Positions 12,438 to 23,406 of a stretch of DNA of 64,000 nt are shown one piece after another. The stretch is from a virus. The notes under the pieces were generated by a model. The model was not told where the DNA came from and made no database searches. It saw only the letters and a program-made list of their open reading frames with translations. Each line of letters begins with the position of its first letter. Position 1 is the stretch's first letter. Both the position numbers and the translations under genes were made by a program. The stretch is from IMG/VR virus record IMGVR_UViG_3300027917_000040, positions 1 through 64,000 of that record; one strand, given 5' to 3'.

Positions 12438-15400
12438 ATGAATAACTCTAATGTAAAAATCAGTTCTATTGTAGAATATCAATTACCTGAGTTTGTAAAC
12501 GTTGAATACCCACTTCTTGCTGAATTTTTAAAAGAATATTATAGATCTACAGAAGTAACTTTTGGTTCTAATGATCTTCTATCAAATATTGCCAATTACA
12601 TTAAGATTGATAATTTATCTGAAATAGTAGATACATTTTATCTTTATAATGATAAAACTTTTAATATAACTCGCATATTAAAAGATAGTACTACTATACT
12701 AGATGACCAAAGACTTGTAAAAATTACAACTTTGCAACCTCATAATTTTGTAGACGGAGATCTAGTAGATATTATTTTAGATAATCCAGATATTGGATCG
12801 GGTTTAAACGACTTGATTGATAATGATTCAAATCTTTCATTTAAAGGATCAAGATTTAAGGTAACAATTGTAAATGAAACTGAATTTTTTCTGAACAATA
12901 GTGGATCTGGAATTAGCGATAGAAATATTGAAGATCCTCAAGGGCTATTGGGAAAAGTAACAAAAAGTGATATTAATTTTGATGATGATGAAATAGTAAT
13001 TTACACTAAAGTTAATAGTAAAAAATCATTACCATTATTTTATGGTTTAGTTAGTATTGATGATGAAATAATTCTCTATAAATCTATTGAACCCAATCCT
13101 TTTACCGTTGTTGTGGATGGTGAGACTTATCCTGCGTATAAGTTGCTGGATTGTAGTAGAGGATTTTCTGGAGTAACTTCTTTAGGAGAAGGTCTTCAAG
13201 ATGAATTAATTTTTGAATCTACGGTTGCAAGTAGTCATTTAAATAGATCTGAAGTTATAAATTTAAGTTCTATTTTTCTTAAGCAATTTCTAAAAAAGAT
13301 AAAATATCAATATCTTCCTGGATTCGAGAATAGTGAATTAAATGAAGAGTTAAATGAAAATATCTTTATTAAGCAATCTAGAGACTTTTATTCTTCAAAG
13401 GGAACTGACACTTCATTTAAAATTTTATTTGCAGCTTTATATGGTGAAGATGTAAATATTATAAAACCAAGAGATTATTTAATTGAACCATCTGATGCAA
13501 ATTATAGAGTTGTAAAAGATCTAGTTGTTGAAGCTTTAGAAGGAAATCCAGAAGATCTTATCAATAGAACTTTATTTCAGGACTCTAACACTTTTATAAA
13601 AAGTGCAAAAGGAACAGTATCTTCAGTTGAAAGAATAGTAAGAAGTAATAAAGAATATTATGTTATAAGTATTGATGATGGATATGAAAGAGATATTAAT
13701 TTTAGAGGAACATTATTTAATGATTTTTCAATACATCCCAAGACACTATCAGTTCAATTCATAGAATCAGGTTCTACAGTAATTGATGTTGATAGTACTA
13801 TAGGGTTTCCAGAGTCTGGTAACTTAGTTGTAAAAACTATTGATCCATTCACAGATACTGAATTAACTTATAACATTTCTTATGAAAGTAAAACTTTAAA
13901 TCAATTTTTACAGTGTAAAACTATTGGCGAAGTTGTTAAAAATATTGTAAATCCAATTTATAGTAATAGTGAAGTTTATTCTGATGCATATGCTTATGGA
14001 TTTGTTGGGCAAAATTCTGATGAACTTGTTAGAGTTAGAATATCCGGAGTTATTTCTGAATTTGAACAACAAGAAAAAACATTTTTGTATGAAGCTGGAA
14101 ATAAAATTAGAATTAGATCTTTAGGATTAGAATCTACTTCTCTTAGAGATAATAAGTGGATATTCAATATACCCATTTCATATACAGTAAAAGAAGCTTT
14201 TCTAGAAGATTCTTTTAACTTGATATACAGAATTTCTTTTGAAGATGACATAGATTTTTACAAATATAATAATTTCATAGTAGAAGAAGATTCACAAGCT
14301 TTGGCTGAAATTACAGAAGTTGTATCAAATAAAACTGCATTATTCAGGTTTAACAAAGTTATGGGGACTCCTCTTGTAAATTTTTCTGTACCTGAACTTA
14401 TAAACAAAACTCTCACAAGAAAATATTCTAAAAGTTCTATATTAAACTATCCAGATTTAAACATTTACAATACAAATGTCCTTAACACTTACATAGATGA
14501 GGATAAGTCAACTATTGTAGCATCTGCATCTTTACCATCATATGCAGGAAATCTTGAAATAAAAGATCGTTCTATTATTGGAAGATTATATTTTGGAAAA
14601 AAAACAACTACAGGTCAAGATAAAAATGATAAATTATTTTCAGATGGAACTATAGATTATTCGTATTTTACAGTGTTTGCACCAAATGCTTCAGGTGTTG
14701 AAATTGCTGTAAAGCATGGATTTTACACTGGAGATGAAGTAGTTTTTAGATCTGTAGATCCAACTAATTCACCATTTCCCGATGGAGTTTACTATGTAAG
14801 AGATTTTAGATCTTTTGGAGATTTGTATGGATTACAATTATCCAGCAGTAAATCTAATATCTTAAATGAAAGATTTATTTTTCCACAAACATCAGAAAAT
14901 TCTAATGTTCCATTAGTATCTTTTAATAATATTTCTGGAGTTTCTGAAGGATCTATACAGATTTATGATTTTTCAATAGTAGATTTTAATTCGGAAGATA
15001 ATTTTCAACCTAAACTACTAGGACCACAAAATTTACTTAGAAAAATTTCCGATCCAATATTAGATTCTGTAAAATATGAGACAAATAGTGGTCCAGTTGG
15101 AATATTTGTTAATGGAACTGAGATTTTAAATTATAAATCTAATGATACAATTTTCTTTGGTCCAATTGAATCTGTTGAAGTAATATCTCCTGGGTATGGT
15201 TATGATGTAATTAATCCCCCAGAGCTTTCTATTAGAGATTTTGGAGGAGCAAAATTAAAATATGATGCTAAAAGATCAACACCTCCATCATTTCAAGGAA
15301 AACAAATAAAATTTGGTGTTACTGATGATTTAGATCCAATTACTTATGGTGGTACAGATGGGACACCAATTATAATAGGTGGAAAATCTTTAGTATTGGG

Positions 15401-18400
15401 AGAAGAACAACTTTTTGTCGGTCAAACCGATGGTAATTTTATAAGAATTAATAATTTAATTTTATCATTAGGTGGAGTTGGAGGAACTCCACTTTCGATT
15501 GGTGGAGAAGGGGGATTTGAAGCCAGAGTAGGGGCTGATAATGTTACTTTGGGTAATATTGGATCTGGGTGTGTAATTTATCCAACGGTTGTTGGTGAAT
15601 TGGAGAAAATTGATATTTTATATCAAGGATTTAATTATAGGGGCATTCCGAATATTCAAATTACCGGAGGAAACGGAAAAAATGCCATAGTTGAACCTAT
15701 AATGGAATCTTTTGAGTATTTTGCTGAATTTTTACCATCTTCAACATTTATAGATACTCAAAACTATACTATTGGGTTTAGTACCTACCATAATTTTGAA
15801 AATTTTGAGGAAGTTGTCTATATTCCACCAAAAAATAATTCTCTTGGTGGTTTAGAAGCAAAAAGTAGATACTTTATTAATGTTGTAGACCAATTTACAG
15901 TAAAATTACACAAATCAAAAGAAGAATCGGTTTCTGGAATTTCTACTGTAAACATTACATCAACTTCAATTGGATTACACTCTTTAAAATCTGTAAAGAA
16001 TAAATCAAAAATTGGATCTTTGAATGTGATTAATCCTGGAAAAGGATTTACAAATAGAAAAACAACAACTACACCCGAAAATGTAAATATTATTACTAAT
16101 ATAATAAAAGTTTTAAATCATGGATATTCTAGTGGAGAATTAATAGTTCATACTAGTAGTGGAACACCAATAGGAGGAATCGAAGAAAATAAATCATATT
16201 ATGTAACAAAAGTTGATGATAATAATTTTAAATTATCAAAAATTGCAACAGAAGGCAATATTCAAAAAAGTTTCTTTTACGATACTAAACAATTTGTAAA
16301 TCTTACTAGTACTGGTACTGGAACTCATTTCTTCAATTATGAACCAATAATAGTTTCTATCAAAGGATTTATAGGAGTATCCACTTCTGGAAATCAAGAT
16401 TTAAATGCAAAAATTAGACCTGTCTTTAGGGGATCTATTGAATCTATATTTGTTTCAGAATCTGGAGATAAATATGGAACAAATGAGATATTAAATTATA
16501 GTCGTCAACCGGAAATTGTAAATGTTAAAGGAAACAATGCTGTTCTACTTCCACTTTTAAACGAAGAAGATGGATCAATTAGAGAAGTTGTTATTTTAAA
16601 TCAAGGAAAAAATTATATTTCAACACCAGATTTAATTGTTAGAGGTGATGGAATAGGTGCAGTATTAACCCCTAATATTAAAGATGGTAAAATAATATCT
16701 GTAAATATAATTTATTCTGGAATAGGATATAATAAAAATAATATCAGTATTGATATTGTTACAAGAGGAGAAGGTTTAAAAGTATTTTGCTCTATAAAAG
16801 ATTGGAATGTAAATCTGCTAAAGAGATCTCAAGAAACTGGATTAGAAACTGATGATGCGGGATTTGTTTTTTCTGGATTAAATGAAAATTATGGATTGCA
16901 GTATACTCATATTCATTTACCAGATGATTTAAGAAAAATAGTATATACGAAAGATTTAGCAACTGGAAACAATACGGTTGATTTCAATGCAGATAGAGAT
17001 GTAATTAAAAAACACTCTCCTATTGTTGGGTGGGCTTACGACGGAAATCCAATATATGGTCCATATGGATATGGCAATGGAGAATCTGGATCAATAAGAG
17101 CAATGAAATCCAGTTATAGATTAAAACCTGGATTTGAACGTTCTAATGGACCTTCTTTCAATGTATATCCTAATGGATTTTTTGTAGAGGATTATATTTA
17201 TGATGAAAGTATCGGTGGCGATCTTGATGAAAGTAATGGTAGATACTGCATTACTCCAGACTATCCTAACGGCGTATATGCATATTTCTGTACTTTAGAT
17301 ACTAATTCTAGTTTAGAAGATGGTAAAGGATACTTACCCAAATTTCCATTTGTAATTGGAAATACTTTCAAATCTAGACCAATTGCATTTAATTTTGATA
17401 AAAAATCAAATCAAAATGATATAAACATCAACTCACTTCAATGGTATAGAAACACAAGTCCATATAAATTAGTAAATAAAATTGGATCAGATTACAAATA
17501 TCTTTTAATTCCAAATAAAATTAAAGATCCAATTAGTGAAGTAAAATTTGCTTCTTTTGGGGAGATTGAAACTGTTGATGTTATTGTTAGTGGAAATGAC
17601 TACAAAGTTGGTGAAAAAATTAAATTTAAAAATGCAGATGTAATAGGTCAAGATGCAACTGCCAACATATCAGCAATCGAAGGAAGGGAAATTAGAGAAG
17701 TTAGTATTGCTAGATCTACATTTACTAATGTAGAATTCACGAAGATTGATAATGGAACTGAACTAATTGGATTTACCGATAAACCACATAATTATACTTC
17801 TGGTGATATTGTTTCTATATCAACACCAATAGAAAGAATCGTATTTAAAGATATTAATTTTAATAATAATAATTTGTTTTTAAATAAACCAGTTCCAGTT
17901 CGTGCTGAAACAGGGATAACAACTTATTTTGAGGTTTCTGGAAATCTTTCATATCCAACTATTAGAGAAAATGACATTTATACGCTTCCATCTATTGGAT
18001 CTAATGATCCCGAGCAAGTAAAGGTTTTAAACATTGATCAAAAAAACAAAGTAATAAGAGTACAAAGAGAATATAATAATGTTTCTTCCAGTTCCGGGAT
18101 TGGAACTGGAGGTAGGTTAACTGAAAATTCTAGAAAATTTAGTTGTAATCTTGGTATTCAGACATACTATAATTATGGTATAAATTATCAAATTTATTTT
18201 GATTCTTCTCAAGTTGGTCTTGGAACCATATCAGGTCCAGGTATAACCTCATCAGTTAATCTTCCATATAGAGATACAACATTTATACCAATAAAATCAA
18301 TTTTCTTGCCGGAACATGGATTAATTACTAATGAAGAAATTGAATATAGTACAGAAGAATCAGACCCTCGCATCAGATTTAGTGTAGATGGGAATATTAC

Positions 18401-21400
18401 AAATGACATTTTACCTGAAAGAGTGTTCGTGGTAAAATTAAATGACGATGTAATTGGATTATCCACTGTAAAAGTTGGTTTGGCTACAACTGGTAATAAT
18501 TTTGAGTTTAGAAATATTGAAAATTTAAATGATAATAACGATCCCTTACTTTCATTTATAGAAGCTTCTGGAAATAACCATAAATTTAGTACATTAAGAA
18601 AAAATTTAATAAAAGCAAAAGTATCTCAAAATATAGTAAAAGTTTCTACATCTTCTACTCATGGACTTTCTACAAATGATATTATCACTATAGAAGTTCA
18701 ACCAAAAAACACTAAAGAAGTTGTGGTTGAATATAATGACAATTCTAGTCTTTTAGTTGTAAATCCAAGAACATTTTTACCATCCGATGTTGATATTGAA
18801 TCTAATACATTTACAGTAGTAAATCATGATTACACAACTGGAGATAAAGTTTTATATAAATCCGATTCTCCTATAGTTGGTTTATCTGACAATGAAATTT
18901 ATTATGTTGTTGCTATTAATAGAAATGAGTTTGGATTAGCAAATTCATTTTATGAATCTCAAAAAGAATTTCCAGAGTTTATTAGAATTACATCAGCAAC
19001 ACAGGGAACTTTTTATTCTATAAATCCAAAAATTAATGCGATTATTGGTCAAACTATTAAATTTGATCTTTCCAGTGAAACTTTATCGTTTACTCAAGGT
19101 TCTTCTCCTGTTAGAATACCTGCATTTAGTTTTGATCTATTCTATGATCTTAATTTTAATCACAAATATACATCTGCAAGTGATTCATCTTTCTTTGATG
19201 TAAATAAAATAGGTTCCATTGGTGTAGATGCTTCTGCTTCTTTAGAAGTAAAAATTAAAAATACGACTCCTTTGAATTTATATTATAAATTAACACCTTT
19301 AAATATTAGTGGAAACCCAACATCTAAATTAAAAATTTTTATAGATCAAGAACAACCAAATAATAATAAAATACAAATAGTAAAGAGTAAATATGACGGA
19401 ACTTACTCTATATTTGGTCCTATAGATAGAAATTCTTCTCTTCCTCCATTTTTATACCCAGAATTTAAATATCAAATACCAACGAACCCAGAAGAAGAAT
19501 CTTATGATTTAGATTCTGCTGTCATAAATTACACAACAACATCAAAAAATGCATTTGGTCCTATTTCTAAAGTAAAAATTGATAATAAAGGAAGATATTT
19601 CTATAGGTTACCATCAAAAACTGAAATTATTTCCTCATCAGGAACGGGGGGTATAGTTAGTGCTAATAGTAAGAATATCGGTACAATTAAAACAGTAAAT
19701 ATTAGAGATATTGGATTTGATTATCCATCAGATTTGAGTTTAAGACCGATTGTAAAGTTACCGACAATTTATAAAGTTGAACCATTATATTCTATTGATA
19801 ATATTTTAATTGTTAATAATGGTATTAATTATTTCCAATCTCCAAATATAGCAGTTGTTGATAGTAAAACGGGACAAGAGATTAAAGACATTTTATTAAG
19901 ATACTCTCTTGGTGATAATTTTGTAACTATCTTGCAAAATACTAAAAATCTTTCTAACGTTGTTCCGAGGTTGGTCCCAATTAACAATACAAATGGAATA
20001 CCTATACTATTAAATGCGGGAGAACCAATTATTTTAGATATTGCAAATAATTCAGATACTGCAGAAGTTATTGCTGCTACGGATAATGCAGAACTTGATG
20101 ATGATGCAGAAGAAAACGAATTTTCATTACCAGATAGTCTTCCTTTTACTAATTTAACAACAATTCAAGTATTTTTAGCAACTGAATATAGTAGCATATT
20201 CGATTTTCCATTTGAACTTGGTGATCTTGTTTTAATTGAAGATGTTGTGACAATTGAAGAAGTAAATGGTGGTACAAGTAAAGGATTTAACTCTTCATCA
20301 TATAATTATTCTTTCTATAAAGTCGTCAGAAGAGATCCAAATATTGGTGGTTCTGGTGGATCAATAACTTTAGATTTTTCTGGAAAAATAGCAGATGAAG
20401 ATCTTTTAATTGCATCTGACAGCGATTCATATAAAGTTGATGTCATATTTTCTCAAGCTTCTAAAGTAGTACCAGTAAAATATTTCCCAACATACAAAGT
20501 AACATTGCTCAAAAATAATTTTATTATTGATGAGGAACTTATAAATGATACTGGAAAATCTCTTGGTATTGTTGAACAATGGGACAATCAAAACGACTAT
20601 ATAAAAATTTCAGAAAGATTGATATTTAATGAAGGTGATACAATTATTGGCCAAACTTCAAAAACAAAAGCAAACTTACTTACTAAAATTGAATTTGATG
20701 CTGGATATAAAACCAATAGTAGTTCAACTGTAAATAAAGGATGGGAACTTGAAACTGGAAAATTAAATGAAGATTTGCAGAGGACTAATGACAGTGATTT
20801 TTATCAATATTTCTCATATGCATTAAAATCAAAAATACCCATTACCAAGTGGGATGAAACTGTTGGATCATTAAACCACACTGCAGGATTCAAGAGATTT
20901 TCACAATTAGAAATTGAATCTTCTTCTAAAGATTTTTCTGGAATAACCACATCCCAAAATGAAGGTGAAGTTTTTGGAATTAGTGATATCTCATCTGTAG
21001 TTAGTGTAAATTGTGTATATGATTTTGATTTGGTAAGAGAACTTAATTTTGGATCTAATCCCACTAAATCTAATGAATTAGTTTTTAATAGTAGAATATT
21101 ACAAGATTATATTGAATCAGTATCTAATAGAGTTTTGAGTATTGATGATATTAGTAAAAACTTTAATCCAATACCTAGAGATACTACTTTTTCTATTGTG
21201 GCTAGGTCTGATAGTACCGAAATAAGATCTAGAAAGTTCTTCTTTTATGCTCAGGATAGAAGATTTGTAAATGATAAGCAAATGTCATTGTTTACAACTA
21301 TTCATGATGATGTAAATGTTTATCATGGTCAGTATGGAAGACTTGAAACTAGATATGACTTGGCCTATTACGAATCTAATATTATTGGAACACAACAAAA

Positions 21401-23387
21401 TTTACTTTTTTATCCAACCCTGACAGAGATTAATAATTTCTTAGTTGATTTTATTGTACTTGAAATGACAGATGATCCTACTGATCTTGAAACTCTCACT
21501 TATGGTAATATTGGATATCTCTTCAATCAGGTTGGAGTTTTAACTGATGGAACTCTCGCAGGATCTGGAACATCTATTATTGGTATAGGTACTACTTTTG
21601 GAGCGGCTAAGATTCTTATTCAAACGGGAGCAGCAAATACATCATATTATCAATTTAATGAGATAACATTACTTAGAAATGGTCTTGATGGTAACAATTC
21701 TGCACTCATAGAATATGGAGAACTTACAACATTCAATGAAAATAATGAGGCAACTCGTGGTATAGTGTCATTTACATCAAATATTAATCCAGTTACTAAT
21801 GAAATAGATTTAATAATGACACCTTATAATGATTTAACTGATGATTATAATGTAAAAACAATTACAATAGGAATTGGAAACACTAATTTTACTCAAGTCG
21901 GAAGTTTAGCACTTGAAACCGGAGAAGCACAATCTTTTAAAGCAAGTGGTATTGGAACAGATATACCTGAACCAGTTAATATTTCTCTTTATAATACTCA
22001 ATATAAATGTTCTTACTTATTCCCATATATTGTTGGTGTTAATACTGGTTCTAAGCAGACTGTTAGATATGGTGAAAGAGAGCATGGAATATCAGATTGG
22101 TATGCTTTCGATGATGGCACTGTTACATATTCCGCAATATATCCTAATACTCAAATAGTTGGCGTAAACACTTTAGGATATAGAACAGTAGTTGTCGAAA
22201 CTGGAAATGACCCACAAAGAGGTACTATTGGAATAACATCAGGATTCTTCTATTATGGAACGAAGCCAATTCATTTAATTCCACAAGGAGAACAATGGAA
22301 AATGGCACCAGTTTCATACGCTGGTACAATATTTGGTAATTACATTAGAGATCGAGGATTTACAGGAGCAGCATCTTACTACATTTATTCACCATTTGAA
22401 GATGCCACTGTCAATCAATATGATGATGATCCAAATGGCATTCTTGGTATAGCATCTGATACTATAACTATTGAAAAAGGAGGTGTTGGTGTTGTAACAT
22501 CGGGTGTATTAGATGGATGGGTATACTTTGATTCGGATGCTGATGTTATAATAACTGCTGCTGGTCCTAGTGATAGAGATAAATCAATTTTAGCACCTTC
22601 ACAAACTGGAATAGGAACTACATCATATAAGTATTTTGTCGGACTTACTCAGATTCCTAGTACAGAAAACTTTATTACTGCTTATGGAAATTTCCCAACA
22701 GGAGTAACAACTTCTAATGCATATGTAGTTGGAGAGCCACTTATTGCTGTACAAGCATCTGATGGATCGGGAGATGATGATATCCAGGGAATTTTACCAG
22801 ATTTTATTTCATCTGCCTATTCATGGGGAGAAGTTTTATCAGATTATCAAATAGCAGCTCCATATGGAGATACAATTATAGAAGTTTCATATTGGAATGG
22901 ATCCGAATGGGTAGTTGGAGAAACACACAATTTGTTAGGTGGTGATTTTGAAACTCCCCAGCAGGTGATAAGAGACAGTGATTCTGGATTTGGAAAATGG
23001 GGAACAAATGTTAGCGGATCCTCGACAAATTTCGCGGATGATGCAAATCTCTGGAAATTTATAGGTACTAAACCATTTGCATTATTTGTGAATGATTCAA
23101 ATGATGATGAAGAAACTCTTCTCGGATTTAGCAGTACTACTTTAGAAAGACCTCTAAATATAGAATATAGGGCAAGTGAAATACAGATGATAAATGATCA
23201 AGTAAATTCATACATGTCCGAATACGGAGTTATTACAATTGAAGCGAAATCAAAAATATTCGGAGATGCTGGAATTGGATCATTTAGAACTCAATTAGTT
23301 GGATCAAATACTATTTTGCAGTTTGTACCGGCACCTCTATCCTCTTTTGAAATTCGTGGTTACCAAATTAACGTAGGTCGTTTCTAA
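12438..23387 (+). CDS. gp7: Baseplate wedge initiator gp7-like giant protein (3649 aa) with YHYH-like and receptor-like inserts
   Basis: QLPEFV..EYP, FY.SKGT..SFKILF, YQ.FSY and HTAGF motifs; follows gp6. Confidence 0.85.
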   Translation: MNNSNVKISSIVEYQLPEFVNVEYPLLAEFLKEYYRSTEVTFGSNDLLSNIANYIKIDNLSEIVDTFYLYNDKTFNITRILKDSTTILDDQRLVKITTLQPHNFVDGDLVDIILDNPDIGSGLNDLIDNDSNLSFKGSRFKVTIVNETEFFLNNSGSGISDRNIEDPQGLLGKVTKSDINFDDDEIVIYTKVNSKKSLPLFYGLVSIDDEIILYKSIEPNPFTVVVDGETYPAYKLLDCSRGFSGVTSLGEGLQDELIFESTVASSHLNRSEVINLSSIFLKQFLKKIKYQYLPGFENSELNEELNENIFIKQSRDFYSSKGTDTSFKILFAALYGEDVNIIKPRDYLIEPSDANYRVVKDLVVEALEGNPEDLINRTLFQDSNTFIKSAKGTVSSVERIVRSNKEYYVISIDDGYERDINFRGTLFNDFSIHPKTLSVQFIESGSTVIDVDSTIGFPESGNLVVKTIDPFTDTELTYNISYESKTLNQFLQCKTIGEVVKNIVNPIYSNSEVYSDAYAYGFVGQNSDELVRVRISGVISEFEQQEKTFLYEAGNKIRIRSLGLESTSLRDNKWIFNIPISYTVKEAFLEDSFNLIYRISFEDDIDFYKYNNFIVEEDSQALAEITEVVSNKTALFRFNKVMGTPLVNFSVPELINKTLTRKYSKSSILNYPDLNIYNTNVLNTYIDEDKSTIVASASLPSYAGNLEIKDRSIIGRLYFGKKTTTGQDKNDKLFSDGTIDYSYFTVFAPNASGVEIAVKHGFYTGDEVVFRSVDPTNSPFPDGVYYVRDFRSFGDLYGLQLSSSKSNILNERFIFPQTSENSNVPLVSFNNISGVSEGSIQIYDFSIVDFNSEDNFQPKLLGPQNLLRKISDPILDSVKYETNSGPVGIFVNGTEILNYKSNDTIFFGPIESVEVISPGYGYDVINPPELSIRDFGGAKLKYDAKRSTPPSFQGKQIKFGVTDDLDPITYGGTDGTPIIIGGKSLVLGEEQLFVGQTDGNFIRINNLILSLGGVGGTPLSIGGEGGFEARVGADNVTLGNIGSGCVIYPTVVGELEKIDILYQGFNYRGIPNIQITGGNGKNAIVEPIMESFEYFAEFLPSSTFIDTQNYTIGFSTYHNFENFEEVVYIPPKNNSLGGLEAKSRYFINVVDQFTVKLHKSKEESVSGISTVNITSTSIGLHSLKSVKNKSKIGSLNVINPGKGFTNRKTTTTPENVNIITNIIKVLNHGYSSGELIVHTSSGTPIGGIEENKSYYVTKVDDNNFKLSKIATEGNIQKSFFYDTKQFVNLTSTGTGTHFFNYEPIIVSIKGFIGVSTSGNQDLNAKIRPVFRGSIESIFVSESGDKYGTNEILNYSRQPEIVNVKGNNAVLLPLLNEEDGSIREVVILNQGKNYISTPDLIVRGDGIGAVLTPNIKDGKIISVNIIYSGIGYNKNNISIDIVTRGEGLKVFCSIKDWNVNLLKRSQETGLETDDAGFVFSGLNENYGLQYTHIHLPDDLRKIVYTKDLATGNNTVDFNADRDVIKKHSPIVGWAYDGNPIYGPYGYGNGESGSIRAMKSSYRLKPGFERSNGPSFNVYPNGFFVEDYIYDESIGGDLDESNGRYCITPDYPNGVYAYFCTLDTNSSLEDGKGYLPKFPFVIGNTFKSRPIAFNFDKKSNQNDININSLQWYRNTSPYKLVNKIGSDYKYLLIPNKIKDPISEVKFASFGEIETVDVIVSGNDYKVGEKIKFKNADVIGQDATANISAIEGREIREVSIARSTFTNVEFTKIDNGTELIGFTDKPHNYTSGDIVSISTPIERIVFKDINFNNNNLFLNKPVPVRAETGITTYFEVSGNLSYPTIRENDIYTLPSIGSNDPEQVKVLNIDQKNKVIRVQREYNNVSSSSGIGTGGRLTENSRKFSCNLGIQTYYNYGINYQIYFDSSQVGLGTISGPGITSSVNLPYRDTTFIPIKSIFLPEHGLITNEEIEYSTEESDPRIRFSVDGNITNDILPERVFVVKLNDDVIGLSTVKVGLATTGNNFEFRNIENLNDNNDPLLSFIEASGNNHKFSTLRKNLIKAKVSQNIVKVSTSSTHGLSTNDIITIEVQPKNTKEVVVEYNDNSSLLVVNPRTFLPSDVDIESNTFTVVNHDYTTGDKVLYKSDSPIVGLSDNEIYYVVAINRNEFGLANSFYESQKEFPEFIRITSATQGTFYSINPKINAIIGQTIKFDLSSETLSFTQGSSPVRIPAFSFDLFYDLNFNHKYTSASDSSFFDVNKIGSIGVDASASLEVKIKNTTPLNLYYKLTPLNISGNPTSKLKIFIDQEQPNNNKIQIVKSKYDGTYSIFGPIDRNSSLPPFLYPEFKYQIPTNPEEESYDLDSAVINYTTTSKNAFGPISKVKIDNKGRYFYRLPSKTEIISSSGTGGIVSANSKNIGTIKTVNIRDIGFDYPSDLSLRPIVKLPTIYKVEPLYSIDNILIVNNGINYFQSPNIAVVDSKTGQEIKDILLRYSLGDNFVTILQNTKNLSNVVPRLVPINNTNGIPILLNAGEPIILDIANNSDTAEVIAATDNAELDDDAEENEFSLPDSLPFTNLTTIQVFLATEYSSIFDFPFELGDLVLIEDVVTIEEVNGGTSKGFNSSSYNYSFYKVVRRDPNIGGSGGSITLDFSGKIADEDLLIASDSDSYKVDVIFSQASKVVPVKYFPTYKVTLLKNNFIIDEELINDTGKSLGIVEQWDNQNDYIKISERLIFNEGDTIIGQTSKTKANLLTKIEFDAGYKTNSSSTVNKGWELETGKLNEDLQRTNDSDFYQYFSYALKSKIPITKWDETVGSLNHTAGFKRFSQLEIESSSKDFSGITTSQNEGEVFGISDISSVVSVNCVYDFDLVRELNFGSNPTKSNELVFNSRILQDYIESVSNRVLSIDDISKNFNPIPRDTTFSIVARSDSTEIRSRKFFFYAQDRRFVNDKQMSLFTTIHDDVNVYHGQYGRLETRYDLAYYESNIIGTQQNLLFYPTLTEINNFLVDFIVLEMTDDPTDLETLTYGNIGYLFNQVGVLTDGTLAGSGTSIIGIGTTFGAAKILIQTGAANTSYYQFNEITLLRNGLDGNNSALIEYGELTTFNENNEATRGIVSFTSNINPVTNEIDLIMTPYNDLTDDYNVKTITIGIGNTNFTQVGSLALETGEAQSFKASGIGTDIPEPVNISLYNTQYKCSYLFPYIVGVNTGSKQTVRYGEREHGISDWYAFDDGTVTYSAIYPNTQIVGVNTLGYRTVVVETGNDPQRGTIGITSGFFYYGTKPIHLIPQGEQWKMAPVSYAGTIFGNYIRDRGFTGAASYYIYSPFEDATVNQYDDDPNGILGIASDTITIEKGGVGVVTSGVLDGWVYFDSDADVIITAAGPSDRDKSILAPSQTGIGTTSYKYFVGLTQIPSTENFITAYGNFPTGVTTSNAYVVGEPLIAVQASDGSGDDDIQGILPDFISSAYSWGEVLSDYQIAAPYGDTIIEVSYWNGSEWVVGETHNLLGGDFETPQQVIRDSDSGFGKWGTNVSGSSTNFADDANLWKFIGTKPFALFVNDSNDDEETLLGFSSTTLERPLNIEYRASEIQMINDQVNSYMSEYGVITIEAKSKIFGDAGIGSFRTQLVGSNTILQFVPAPLSSFEIRGYQINVGRF

Positions 23388-23406
23388 AAGGCAATAAAGA
23401 TTTAAA

